Of a stretch of DNA of 64,000 bases, positions 49,766 to 59,490 are shown one piece after another; within the stretch, counting starts at the first letter, position 1; each line of letters starts with the position of its first letter. The DNA lies in the NCBI GenBank assembly GCA_018830005.1, contig JAHJTE010000001.1, positions 1,332-65,331 on the forward strand, written 5' to 3'. A program made the translations under genes and the position numbers. This DNA is from Candidatus Omnitrophota bacterium (GTDB lineage: Bacteria > Omnitrophota > Gorgyraeia > JAHJTE01). Below the pieces are notes generated by a model. That model had not been told where the DNA came from. It ran no database searches and saw only the letters and a list, made by a program, of their open reading frames with translations.

Positions 49766-52223
49766 TTTTCACATTCATTCTAAATATTCTCGTGCCACAA
49801 GCCGCGAGATGGATATAGAACATCTTGCTAAATGGGCAAAGATAAAAGGTATCTCTCTTTTAGGCACAGGAGATTTTACGCACCATCTTTGGCTTGAGGA
49901 GCTAAAGGCAAATTTAGAGCCGAAAGACAACGGCCTCTTTGTTTATAACGGGATAAACTTTATCTTGACTGCTGAAATTAGCAGTATCTATTCAAAAAAA
50001 GGACGCACCTATCGTATACACAATTGTTTACTTGCGCCGTCTTTTGAAACAGTGGATAAGATTAATGCCCGACTTTCAGAGATAGGGAATCTCGCCTCTG
50101 ACGGAAGACCGATTTTAGGTTTGGATGCTAAGGAATTAGTAAGAATAGTCTTAGATATTGATCCAAATTGTATGATTATTCCCGCCCATTGTCTTCTACC
50201 AGATAGTCATATTCATACCAAGCTTGGAATTAAAAAAATTAAAGACATTCAAGAAGGAGAATTGGTCTATACGCACAAGTCAAATATTAAAAAAGTTACA
50301 AAGACTTTTAAAAGACAATATAAAGGGGAGATTTATCATATCAAACCATTTTATTTCAGAGAAGGGTTAAAGACAACGCCAGAACACCCATTTTATGTCA
50401 TTAAGACATATAAAAATTGTCCGTCAACTCAGGGATATTGCAAGAAGGATTGTTGTCATATCAAGAAAGGTTGTAAGCGTAGATTTTATGAAGATTATAA
50501 GCCTGGCTGGGTACAAGCAAAAGACATAGAAAATAGTGACGTACTTCTGTTCCCCAGATTTATTAATAATTCGAGAGATATTAATGAGATAAAATTAAGT
50601 GATTATATAGAAGCCGATTTTACATTAAAGAATAATAAAATTGCTCCTAATGGAAGTAGAGTTCATTGGTTGCCAAATAATATTAAAATAGATGAAGATT
50701 TTTGTAGATTGGTAGGTTATTATTTAGCAGAAGGCTATACTAATAATCGCGATCAGATTTCTTTTTGTTTCAAAGATAGCGAGCTAGACTATATTAATGA
50801 TGTTAAATTTTTGGTGAAGAAAATTTTTGATATTAACTTATCTAGCAATCGAATCAGGGAGGGCGTCAACAGCATAGAATTAAATTTTTGTTCAAAGATT
50901 TTACTCAACCTATTTAGCAAGTTTTTTTACGTTAGTAATCCAGCAAAGACTCATAATAAATGCCTACCGGGTTGGATGTTGCAGCTTTCAGCTGTTAAGC
51001 AGATGCAAATTCTAAAAGGTTGGTGGCGTGGCGATACAGGCTATACATCTTCGCAAACGCTTATGAATCAAATGAAGATTATATTGTTAAGATTAGGTAT
51101 TATTCCTTCAATCCGGGTTGATTCTATTCAAGATCATTTTAAACGTGGTAAACACAAGATTGGAGAAAGAGATGTAGTAGCTAAATATGACAACTATTAC
51201 TTTTCTAATTTGTCTTTCTTTGAAGATGAACATAGTTTATTAAATGACCCTAGTTTTGAAAAATTTAGGACAAAATTACAACGTAGACATGGTTGGATGG
51301 ACGACAAATATATTTATATACCGGTTAAGGATATAGAAGTGAGTAATTATAACGGAGAAGTTTACAATCTAGAAGTTGAAGATGATAATTCTTATGTTAG
51401 TGAATTTGCAATTGTCCATAATTGTTGGACCCCCTGGTTCAGTCTTTTTGGTTCAATGTCAGGATTTGATAAAATTGAGTATTGCTTTGAAGAGCAGACT
51501 AAAAACATATTCTGCTTAGAAACCGGCCTTAGTAGCGATCCGGCTATGAACTGGCGATTATCAGCACTGGATAGGTTTTCTTTAATCAGCAACTCTGACA
51601 GTCACTCTCCTTCCCGTATTGGCCGCGAAGCCAATGTCTTTGATTGCGGCTTAGATTACAAGACTATAATGGAGGTTTTAAAGACAAAGGATAAGAAGCG
51701 TTTTCTCTATACTATTGAATTTTTCCCACAAGAAGGGAAATATCATTTTGATGGGCATAGAAATTGTGGCATTTGTTTTAGCCCGCAAGAATCCCGAAAA
51801 CATAAGAACCGTTGTCCAAAATGCGGTCGCGCTTTAACTATAGGGGTTATGAACAGGGTAGAACAGTTGGCAGATAGGCCTGTGGGATTCGTCCCGGAAA
51901 ACAACATCCCATTTAAGAATCTTATCCCTCTGGATGAGATTATCTCTGAGGTGCGAGGTGTAGGCAAGGCCTCCAAGACAGTCACGAATGAGTACAATAC
52001 AATTATACATAAATTCCAGACAGAGTTTGATGTGTTAGTCAAGGCAACCAGGGAAGAGCTGGCAAAAAGTCTTCCTGAGAAAATTGTAGAAGGGATTATG
52101 CGCGTTAGACAAGGCAGGGTCGACATTCTACCTGGACATGACGGCGAATACGGCAAGATTAAGATCTTTGATGAGAATGAAAAAGGTAAACCTACAGGAG
52201 AGGAGCAGCTGAGCCTGTTTTGA
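49749..52223 (+). CDS. PHP-domain Endonuclease Q family protein (TIGR00375-like) containing an intein
   Basis: ADFHIHSKYSRATS, GTGDFTH, PAH|CWTPWFS, ETGLSSDP, SNSDSHS, EGKYH.DGHR.C, CPKCG...GV..RV, PG.DGEYG. Confidence 0.92.
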   Translation: MQFVADFHIHSKYSRATSREMDIEHLAKWAKIKGISLLGTGDFTHHLWLEELKANLEPKDNGLFVYNGINFILTAEISSIYSKKGRTYRIHNCLLAPSFETVDKINARLSEIGNLASDGRPILGLDAKELVRIVLDIDPNCMIIPAHCLLPDSHIHTKLGIKKIKDIQEGELVYTHKSNIKKVTKTFKRQYKGEIYHIKPFYFREGLKTTPEHPFYVIKTYKNCPSTQGYCKKDCCHIKKGCKRRFYEDYKPGWVQAKDIENSDVLLFPRFINNSRDINEIKLSDYIEADFTLKNNKIAPNGSRVHWLPNNIKIDEDFCRLVGYYLAEGYTNNRDQISFCFKDSELDYINDVKFLVKKIFDINLSSNRIREGVNSIELNFCSKILLNLFSKFFYVSNPAKTHNKCLPGWMLQLSAVKQMQILKGWWRGDTGYTSSQTLMNQMKIILLRLGIIPSIRVDSIQDHFKRGKHKIGERDVVAKYDNYYFSNLSFFEDEHSLLNDPSFEKFRTKLQRRHGWMDDKYIYIPVKDIEVSNYNGEVYNLEVEDDNSYVSEFAIVHNCWTPWFSLFGSMSGFDKIEYCFEEQTKNIFCLETGLSSDPAMNWRLSALDRFSLISNSDSHSPSRIGREANVFDCGLDYKTIMEVLKTKDKKRFLYTIEFFPQEGKYHFDGHRNCGICFSPQESRKHKNRCPKCGRALTIGVMNRVEQLADRPVGFVPENNIPFKNLIPLDEIISEVRGVGKASKTVTNEYNTIIHKFQTEFDVLVKATREELAKSLPEKIVEGIMRVRQGRVDILPGHDGEYGKIKIFDENEKGKPTGEEQLSLF
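50190..51422 (+). mobile_element. Intein (411 aa) with LAGLIDADG domain in EndoQ
   Basis: Starts CLLPDSHIHT, block B TPEHPF, LVGYYLAEG, ILKGWWRGD, LLRLGI, block F VYNLEVEDDNSY, ends VHN with Cys+1; AT-richer than flanks. Confidence 0.93.
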
Positions 52224-52232
52224 ATTAGATTA

Positions 52233-52304
52233 GCGCCTGTAGCTCAATGGATAGAGCAGTGGCCTCCGGAGCCATGTGTGCAGGTTCGACTCCTGCCAGG
52301 CGCA
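52233..52304 (+). tRNA. tRNA-Arg(CCG)
   Basis: GCGCCTG...GTGGC-CTCCGGA-GCCAT...GTTCGACTCC...CAGGCGCA. Confidence 0.95.
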
Positions 52305-52336
52305 TTTCAAGGCAGTTAAATAAAGGAGCATGGGAC

Positions 52337-52798
52337 ATGTTAACTAATTGCAAGGCAATAGTTTCCGTAATTGGTGGCCATAAATGTTCTAAAGAAGTGG
52401 AGGAAATAGCCATAAATTTAGGCAAAAATATAGGTAAAAGTGGTTATATTTTAGTATGTGGAGGCCTAAGTGGAGTAATGGAAGCAGCAGCAAAGGGCGC
52501 CAAACAGACAGGTGCTACCACAGTTGGCATATTACCAGGCAATGATAAATGCGTTGCCAATCCTTATATTGACGTTGCGATTGCTACTGGTTTAGGTATG
52601 GTCAGGAATACCATCGTAGTTTCTGCTGCAGATGCTGTTGTGGCCTTAGCAGGAGAAAAAGGCACTTTATCTGAAATTGCCTTTGCCCTTACATTAGAAA
52701 AACCAGTAATTGACTTAGGGAACTGGGGCCTTCCAGGCATGATTAAGGCTAGCTCACCAGAAGAGGCAATACAGATTATAGAGGGAGTTATCAAATAA
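52337..52798 (+). CDS. LOG-family nucleotide-binding protein (TIGR00725-like)
   Basis: CGGLSGVMEAA, VGILP, ATGLG..RN, GTLSEIA; SD AAGGAG before ATG 52337. Confidence 0.88.
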   Translation: MLTNCKAIVSVIGGHKCSKEVEEIAINLGKNIGKSGYILVCGGLSGVMEAAAKGAKQTGATTVGILPGNDKCVANPYIDVAIATGLGMVRNTIVVSAADAVVALAGEKGTLSEIAFALTLEKPVIDLGNWGLPGMIKASSPEEAIQIIEGVIK

Positions 52799-52803
52799 GA
52801 TCA

Positions 52804-53616
52804 ATGCCAGAACTACCTGAAATAGAAACCATAAAAAGAGAGTTAAAACCAAAACTCCTAGGCAAGAGAATTACAAAGGTCTTAATAAAGCGTTCTCGAG
52901 TTATCCGCATGCCATCAAAAAGAGTGTTTGTCGATAAAATAAAGCATGCGTGTATTAAGTCCATCTCAAGGCGCGGCAAGGCATTAATATTTGAACTATC
53001 AGGCCCTGGTTTGAGGCAACGGTTTTTAGTAGTTCACCTACGTATGAGCGGCCAATTAATATATCCGGGAGACGCGCACAAGGCGCGAGTAAGTTTTAAA
53101 TTCTCCGATGGCAGCATGCTTGATTTCAATGACCAGCGGCTTTTAGGAGAGATTTTTCTTTTGGATGACTGGCAAGAGCTAGCGTTTTTTAAACGTCTGG
53201 GACCCGAGCCATTTGATATATCATGGCGTGATTTCTCAAGGTCACTCCAGGGCAGAAAGGCCAAGATTAAACCATTGCTCATGGACCAATCTTTCATTGC
53301 TGGTATTGGCAATATCTATGCTGCCGAGGCCTTGTTTAAGGCCAGGATAGCGCCCCAGAGAAAGGCGCAGAGTCTTTCCTCAAAGGAAAAAAATAGGCTA
53401 TTTAAATCCATTACTTCTATATTAGCCGAGGCGATAAGAAGAAAAGGCTCATCCATAGACCAGTATGTGCGTTCAGACGGAAAAAGAGGCATGTTTGCGC
53501 GTCAACATAAGGTATACAACAGAAAAGGAGAGTCTTGCTTTGTCTGCAGGAGTCCTATAAAGAGAATAGCGCTTGCAGGCAGAGGGACTTATTTTTGTTC
53601 AAGGTGCCAGAGATGA
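52804..53616 (+). CDS. mutM: Formamidopyrimidine-DNA glycosylase
   Basis: MPELPE, RRGK, HLRMSG, GIGNIYA.E, C-terminal zinc finger. Confidence 0.96.
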   Translation: MPELPEIETIKRELKPKLLGKRITKVLIKRSRVIRMPSKRVFVDKIKHACIKSISRRGKALIFELSGPGLRQRFLVVHLRMSGQLIYPGDAHKARVSFKFSDGSMLDFNDQRLLGEIFLLDDWQELAFFKRLGPEPFDISWRDFSRSLQGRKAKIKPLLMDQSFIAGIGNIYAAEALFKARIAPQRKAQSLSSKEKNRLFKSITSILAEAIRRKGSSIDQYVRSDGKRGMFARQHKVYNRKGESCFVCRSPIKRIALAGRGTYFCSRCQR

Positions 53617-54440
53617 AAGAAAGAAACACCAAACACAAACAGAATATCATTCAGACCAAGGCCAAGATCCTCTTTAACAAAAGGATTGTCGATAATTTTT
53701 ATAAAATTAGTATCAGGGCACCTAAGATTGCAAAGGCTGCTTTACCAGGACAGTTTTTGAATATAAAAGTTAACGATACCTATCAACCGCTTTTAAGAAA
53801 GCCATTAGGAATCAATAGAATTAGAGACAAAGGCAATAAGACTGGACTAGATATTTTATATAAGGTAGTAGGCGAGGGCACAGAGGCCCTCTCTCACAGG
53901 CAGAGCGGAGAATATATTGATATATTAGGTCCTTTGGGTAATGGCTTTTCCTTAGATTTTACTGCTGATAGATTGAAAGAGGATGAGATATTTCTTGTTG
54001 CTGGCGGCATTGGTATTGCACCTCTTTTGTTTCTGGCTGAGAGAATATTGGAAAACTCATCTTGCCAGAAATTAATCGTATTGATCGGCGCTAAAACCAA
54101 AAGCCATATTCTCTGCCAAAAAGAATTCAAAGATTTAGGTTGTAATGTTTTGGTGGCTACAGATGATGGCAGCTGCGGCTTTAGGGGCAATGTAACAGAT
54201 TTATTCAGGAAGACCTTGGGATCAGAAAGAGCAACGGTCTATATTTGTGGTCCCCGTCCTATGCTTAAAGAAACAGCAAGGATCGGCGCTAGGCGTGCTT
54301 TTTCCTGCTTTGGTCTTTTAGAGGAATACATGGCTTGTGGTACGGGTGCTTGTTTCGGCTGCGTGGTTGCTACAACTGGCGGTTATAAACGCGTATGCAA
54401 GGAAGGGCCAGTATTTGACTTAAAGTCAATCAAGTGGTAG
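53613..54440 (+). CDS. pyrK: Dihydroorotate dehydrogenase electron-transfer subunit
   Basis: PGQF, GPLGNGF, AGGIGIAP, CGP.PM, MACG.GAC.GC...C.EGPVF; ATG 53613 overlaps the mutM stop. Confidence 0.93.
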   Translation: MKERNTKHKQNIIQTKAKILFNKRIVDNFYKISIRAPKIAKAALPGQFLNIKVNDTYQPLLRKPLGINRIRDKGNKTGLDILYKVVGEGTEALSHRQSGEYIDILGPLGNGFSLDFTADRLKEDEIFLVAGGIGIAPLLFLAERILENSSCQKLIVLIGAKTKSHILCQKEFKDLGCNVLVATDDGSCGFRGNVTDLFRKTLGSERATVYICGPRPMLKETARIGARRAFSCFGLLEEYMACGTGACFGCVVATTGGYKRVCKEGPVFDLKSIKW

Positions 54441-54443
54441 AAT

Positions 54444-54605
54444 GAGTTCGCTCTTCATACTTATTGGCGGGCTCGCGTAAATTGTCTGTACCCATTATCC
54501 CTTGCTTATGCACTTGAAAATTTCTACGAAATTTTCTGCGTAAGCTTCGGGATAAATTCGACCAAACAACTTATGTTCGCACTTCGTGCTCCATAAGCTG
54601 TGGTC
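54444..54605. repeat. Structured intergenic element with three hairpins
   Basis: GAGTTCGC/GCGGGCTC; TTATCCC..GCTTATGCA..GAAAATTTC-TAC-GAAATTTTC-TGCGTAAGC..GGGATAA; GACCA..CTTATG..GCAC-TTC-GTGC..CATAAG..TGGTC. Confidence 0.6.
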
Positions 54606-54624
54606 TTATTTAAAGGAGGTCAAT

Positions 54625-54891
54625 ATGTTTTATACAGCAGATCTATTGAGGATAGGAGGATCAGTTCTGGGGATAGTTGGCATTCTATTATCCGTAGGGT
54701 TAATCTTTTTTCCCAAGCAGCTGCTTACACTAAACAATATACTTAACAGGCAGATTTCTACAGATAAATTAAGGCTTGCTTTGGAAAAGGAATTCGATAT
54801 TACCAATATTATTATGCAGGCAAGAGTCCTTGCCGGAGTCATTACTTTATTGTTATCATTTATTTTATTGACGATAGCCATAAAGGTTTAG
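54625..54891 (+). CDS. Small two-TM membrane protein
   Basis: SD AAGGAGGT before ATG 54625; two hydrophobic segments. Confidence 0.8.
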   Translation: MFYTADLLRIGGSVLGIVGILLSVGLIFFPKQLLTLNNILNRQISTDKLRLALEKEFDITNIIMQARVLAGVITLLLSFILLTIAIKV

Positions 54892-56082
54892 TTGGTAAAT
54901 AATAAAATAGATCGATATAGCCCCCTTGAATTGAGCCAGAACCCATTTATTTCAATAATCATCCCAGTACGCAACGCTGCCCGGACACTACCTACCACTT
55001 TTAACTATCTCTTTCGCGTTGATTATCCTAGAGACAAGATGGAGATAATTATTGCCGATGGAGGTAGCAGCGACGATACTGTTAGCGTAATCAGGCATTG
55101 GCAAAAGGACTACTCCTTTATAAAACTTGTTGAAATTCCCAATTGTCCTTCCCCTGGTTTTGCCAGGAATAAGGCGCTTAAGGTAGTTAAGGGAGAGTTT
55201 ATCTTTTTTACTGATGGCGATTGCGCACCTGCGTCTGACTGGATATGGAAGATATTGAAGGTCTTTTCGCGTGATGAGAACATTGCTGCTGTTGGTGGAG
55301 AGGTGCATACATTGCGCGTGGATAAGGATAATGTTGTTGAGGCATGGTGTGAGCACTTTGGCTTTAATATGGTGAGCCCTCGCTATGGTTTTATTAAAGA
55401 AGGATATTTTCCTGATTTTCCCAAAGACCCTACCCCAGCAGATGTGGCTGGACATCGGGCATATTTTTTTGGCACCTGTAACGTTGCCTATCGAAAAGAA
55501 GCGCTCGATGTAGCAGGTGCGTATTTCTGGGAAAGGCCTACGGGTGAAGATATGGAATTGAGTTTGCGAACAAGAAAACACGGGTATAAATTTTATTTTG
55601 CACCAGATGCAGACGTAAAACATATGCACAGGGCAAACCTAAAGCAGCTACTAAATGTATGGGCATCTTATGGCAGGGCCCATCCTGTCCTGATTGAGAA
55701 ATATATTAGAAAACACAGATTAGACATCATTTTACAATTCTTAAAAAGCAAACCTGTACTGTCTTTTCCTTTTCCTATCCGAGGTTTTATTTATCTTGGC
55801 AACCTACAGCTTGGGATTCTTTGTCTTATTCTCTCTTTAGTCTCTGGCCTTGCTATTATTTTAGGCAACAGTTCTGCCGGTTTATTAGTTAGTCTGGGAA
55901 TTTTTGTGATGGGTTTTGTTTTGTTTTCTTTTAATTATTTCAAGGCCTGTTTTGATATGCAGCCAAGGAGATTATTTCTAAGCTGGTGTGCAATGAAATT
56001 CCTGACCAATATTTATTTTATTCGCGGAGGCTTAGAAGGCATTTTCAAGCATAAGATATTGTGCATTGAACCAAGTTTCTAG
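54892..56082 (+). CDS. GT2 family glycosyltransferase with C-terminal TM helices
   Basis: ISIIIPVRN, ADGGSSD, ARN, FTDGD, GED.EL..R. Confidence 0.9.
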   Translation: MVNNKIDRYSPLELSQNPFISIIIPVRNAARTLPTTFNYLFRVDYPRDKMEIIIADGGSSDDTVSVIRHWQKDYSFIKLVEIPNCPSPGFARNKALKVVKGEFIFFTDGDCAPASDWIWKILKVFSRDENIAAVGGEVHTLRVDKDNVVEAWCEHFGFNMVSPRYGFIKEGYFPDFPKDPTPADVAGHRAYFFGTCNVAYRKEALDVAGAYFWERPTGEDMELSLRTRKHGYKFYFAPDADVKHMHRANLKQLLNVWASYGRAHPVLIEKYIRKHRLDIILQFLKSKPVLSFPFPIRGFIYLGNLQLGILCLILSLVSGLAIILGNSSAGLLVSLGIFVMGFVLFSFNYFKACFDMQPRRLFLSWCAMKFLTNIYFIRGGLEGIFKHKILCIEPSF

Positions 56083-56114
56083 ATCAGAGATGGGGAATTG
56101 AAGATAGTAGCCCC

Positions 56115-56180
56115 CCTGCAGAATTCAACGAATTCTACAGGATCAGTCCTAATAGAAATTCTTTCAGAATTTCTGTGGGA
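56115..56180. repeat. Two GAATTC/GAAATTC hairpins (same family as 47869-47996)
   Basis: CCTGCAGAATTC-AAC-GAATTCTACAGG and AGAAATTC-TTTCA-GAATTTCT. Confidence 0.6.
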
Positions 56181-56199
56181 GGGTCAGGAGGAGGGTGCG

Positions 56200-56646
56200 A
56201 TGAAGAGAAAGAAAGGAATAACTATATTTGGTATAGCTAGTATAGTCATTGCCCTATTGCAACATTTTCTATTAACAAAGCAGTATTTGAAGCTAATTCT
56301 AATTATCGATGGATATCAAAAAACCATCTCTATAAGACCGCTATTGTCTCTTTTTTATCAATTCTTAATACTTACTTCAGCTTTTTTGGCAATTAATGGT
56401 TTAGTCATTCTTATTCGGAAAAGGATTTTAGAAGTACCTACCGCATTTATTCTTGTTATAAACTATATTATCTTCATTGTTCCTGCGATTTATATAGTCA
56501 AACTTGGACATAATAATATGACGCTTTTGCCACTTTATCCAAAAGATAGCATTTTAGTAATTTTAATATTTATGGTTTCGGTTTATACAATTGGTTCACT
56601 GGCATATTTAGTTCTATCTAAACCCCAAAGTAAAGGAGCAGTCTAG
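56200..56646 (+). CDS. Hypothetical four-TM membrane protein
   Basis: SD GGAGG before ATG 56200; four hydrophobic segments. Confidence 0.75.
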   Translation: MKRKKGITIFGIASIVIALLQHFLLTKQYLKLILIIDGYQKTISIRPLLSLFYQFLILTSAFLAINGLVILIRKRILEVPTAFILVINYIIFIVPAIYIVKLGHNNMTLLPLYPKDSILVILIFMVSVYTIGSLAYLVLSKPQSKGAV

Positions 56647-56652
56647 TTAATT

Positions 56653-57603
56653 ATGGCAGTTAAACAGAAAAACTTATCAGTACGCATCGGTAAATTAGCC
56701 CTTTCTTCTCCTCTCATTGCTGCCTCAGGCACGTTTGGGTATGGCCAGGAGTTAGAGGGGCTGATTGATTTTAAAGATTTCGGCGCTATTATTACAAAGA
56801 CAATAACCCTAAAAGCGCGTAAGGGAAATCCACCGCCTCGCTTGATAGAGACTCCCTGGGGGTTGCTTAATTCCATTGGACTAGAGAATCCTGGTATTGA
56901 TGTATTCTTGAGGGATAAATGGCCATATTTAGCAAGATTAAAAACCCCTGTCATTATAAGCATAGGCGGAGAAACTAAAGATGAATTTGTAAGGCTTACT
57001 AAGCGTCTGGATAGATTAGAAGATTTGAAGGCAATAGAGGTTAATATCTCTTGTCCTAATATTAAGAAGGCGAAAATCAAAAAGAGAAAGACGCAAGGCC
57101 TAACAATGTTTTCTCAAGGTATAGATGAGACATTTGCTGTTGTTAAGGTAGTGCGTAAGCTAACGTCTAAGACATTGATTGTTAAGCTTACGCCCAACGT
57201 TACGGATATTTCTAGTATAGCCATTGCTGCCTCAAGCGCTGGAGCAGATGCACTTTGTTTAGTAAATACCTATTTTGGCATGGCTGTTGATATCCAAAAC
57301 AGGAGGCCTCAGCTTGCGAATATAACCGGAGGTTTAAGCGGCCCGGCAATAAAGCCATTAAGTCTTTATGCGGTTTATAAGACATACAAGGCAGTGAGAA
57401 AACCTATTATCGGCGGAGGAGGCATTATGAATAGCGCTGATGCTATCGAATTTTTAACCTGCGGGGCAACAGCGTTGTCTTTAGGAACAGTAAACTTTAT
57501 TAATACCAAGGCCCCTAAGGAAATTTTGACGGGAATAAAAGGCTATTTGAAAAAGAATAAGATTAAGGATATTTATAAGCTTAGAGGTAGTTTGCGTACA
57601 TGA
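56653..57603 (+). CDS. pyrD: Dihydroorotate dehydrogenase family 1B catalytic subunit
   Basis: ASGTFG, GNPPPR, LNSIGLENPG, NISCPN, KLTPN, GGLSG. Confidence 0.95.
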   Translation: MAVKQKNLSVRIGKLALSSPLIAASGTFGYGQELEGLIDFKDFGAIITKTITLKARKGNPPPRLIETPWGLLNSIGLENPGIDVFLRDKWPYLARLKTPVIISIGGETKDEFVRLTKRLDRLEDLKAIEVNISCPNIKKAKIKKRKTQGLTMFSQGIDETFAVVKVVRKLTSKTLIVKLTPNVTDISSIAIAASSAGADALCLVNTYFGMAVDIQNRRPQLANITGGLSGPAIKPLSLYAVYKTYKAVRKPIIGGGGIMNSADAIEFLTCGATALSLGTVNFINTKAPKEILTGIKGYLKKNKIKDIYKLRGSLRT

Positions 57604-58283
57604 AGACAAAACTCATAGTTGCATTGGATGTTGATAGTTTTAGTAAGGCAAAGGCTATCGTAAATAGATTAGGCCCTTGTGTGAGAGCTTACAAGGTAGG
57701 CAGCCAATTGTTTATTGCCTCAGGCATAGAGATTGTTCTCTGGCTAAAACGCAAACATAAGAATGTGTTTCTGGATTTAAAGTTGCATGATATACCCAAT
57801 ACTGTTGCTGCTAGCGCCAGGCAAATAACCAAACTTGGCGTTTATATGTTTACGATTCATGCTACTGGTGGCAAGGTGATGATGCGCGGCTGTGTCAAGG
57901 CAGTCAGATCAGAGGCAAGTCGCCTTAAGATTAAAAAACCAGCTGTGCTTGCTGTAACTGTGTTAACCAGCCAGAAATCCACCAATACCAAAAGAGATGT
58001 CCTGAGGTTGGCAAAGGAGGCGCTATCTTGCGGAGTTGATGGAATTGTCTGTTCAGTAGAAGAGGCACATCTTTTACATAGAAAACTAAAACATAAGTTC
58101 ATTCTGGTCTGTCCGGGTATAAGAAGCGCAACCAACAAAAAATCGGACCAGAAAAGAATAGCTACGCCACAGCAGGCAAAGAAGGCGCAGGTTGACTTTA
58201 TTGTAGTGGGCAGGCCAATAATAGAGGCTCCTTCTGCTTCTCTTGCAGCTGTAAATATATTGAACGCACTCAAAGAAAGATAG
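57600..58283 (+). CDS. pyrF: Orotidine-5'-phosphate decarboxylase
   Basis: IVALD, FLDLKLHDIPNT, VTVLTS, PGIR, DQKR, VVGRPI. Confidence 0.96.
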   Translation: MKTKLIVALDVDSFSKAKAIVNRLGPCVRAYKVGSQLFIASGIEIVLWLKRKHKNVFLDLKLHDIPNTVAASARQITKLGVYMFTIHATGGKVMMRGCVKAVRSEASRLKIKKPAVLAVTVLTSQKSTNTKRDVLRLAKEALSCGVDGIVCSVEEAHLLHRKLKHKFILVCPGIRSATNKKSDQKRIATPQQAKKAQVDFIVVGRPIIEAPSASLAAVNILNALKER

Positions 58284-58357
58284 AAGCATTTATTTTTTGA
58301 TTAATAATATTTTAAGGCTTATTTGCTTATACTAAGTCTTAGGAGGAAGGTATAGAC

Positions 58358-58960
58358 ATGACAGAAAAACTAAAAGACCTTCTTGAGAAGATTAACGAAG
58401 AAGGCGTAAAACAGGCAGAGGAGGCGGCACGCAGAATAGAATCAAAGGCTGAGGATGATGCTGAAAAGATTCTTAGAGATGCTAAGTCGCAGGCAGAAGC
58501 AATTATAGATGATGCCAGGAGTCATGCACGCAAGGTCAAAGAGGCAGGTGAGTTGGCCCTGAAGCAATCCGGCAGAAATCTAATGCTTTCTCTTAAAGAA
58601 GAAATCAGGAGTCTTTTGAATAAGATTATTGGCGCAGAGACTGCCAAGATAATGTCAGCAGTTGATCTTGAGGCCATTTTAGAGAAATTAATAATAAATT
58701 TTGCCAAGGAGAAAGGCGAGACCTCTGATATAAAGGTGCTCTTAAAACAAGAAGATCTCGCAAAACTTAAAAAGACTTTTATTCTAAGGTTAAAGGAGAG
58801 GTTGAAAGAGCCGATAGAGTTTAGGCCAGCAGCCAATATTAATACTGGTTTTTCCATAAGCTTTGACAAAGGCAAGTCGTTTTTTGACTTTACAGATGAA
58901 GGTTTGGCCGAGGCAATACGTAACTATCTTAATCCAGAACTTGCAAGGATTTTCAAATGA
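58358..58960 (+). CDS. V/A-type ATP synthase subunit E
   Basis: KINEEGVKQA coiled coil, GF.I......FDFTDE; first gene of the operon. Confidence 0.88.
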   Translation: MTEKLKDLLEKINEEGVKQAEEAARRIESKAEDDAEKILRDAKSQAEAIIDDARSHARKVKEAGELALKQSGRNLMLSLKEEIRSLLNKIIGAETAKIMSAVDLEAILEKLIINFAKEKGETSDIKVLLKQEDLAKLKKTFILRLKERLKEPIEFRPAANINTGFSISFDKGKSFFDFTDEGLAEAIRNYLNPELARIFK

Positions 58961-59490
58961 GACAATATTATTATTTAATAGCAAGCCTGCCCCTTTTAGA
59001 ATTCGCTATGAAGCCGCCTTTGAAATATAGTGATTTCCTAAAGTGCTCCAGAGAGCAGTTAAGTGCTCATGATATGGATATTATTCAAAGGACCAAGATT
59101 ACGCCAGCGCAAGATGTAGATGAGTCACAAGCAACATTAAGAGAGTGGCAGATATTCGATATTACTTTAAGAAATGAGATAGTCAAATTTAGGGCCAGCC
59201 GAAAATTAAAAGACCCTGCTAAATATATACGCGCCCCGGGATATTCGGATCCCTTTATTGCTTCTTTTGCGCACTGGGTTACTAGCCAGGATTCTCCTAT
59301 GGAGGCAGAACTTAGCCTGGACCGTGAAAGATGGCAAAGGTTGGAAGAATTAGCAAAGGCTCATTATTTTGATATTGATTATTTAATTACATATGCCTTG
59401 CAATTACAGATCTTAGAGCGTTGGCAAATGATAAATTCACAACCAGCAATAGTAGCATTAGAGGCATTACTGGAGAAAGAGATAATATAA
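58957..59490 (+). CDS. V/A-type ATPase-associated DUF2764 (subunit C-like) protein
   Basis: YYYLIASLP, LRNE...R, HYF....Y..QL.ILERW; lies between E and A. Confidence 0.82.
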   Translation: MRQYYYLIASLPLLEFAMKPPLKYSDFLKCSREQLSAHDMDIIQRTKITPAQDVDESQATLREWQIFDITLRNEIVKFRASRKLKDPAKYIRAPGYSDPFIASFAHWVTSQDSPMEAELSLDRERWQRLEELAKAHYFDIDYLITYALQLQILERWQMINSQPAIVALEALLEKEII

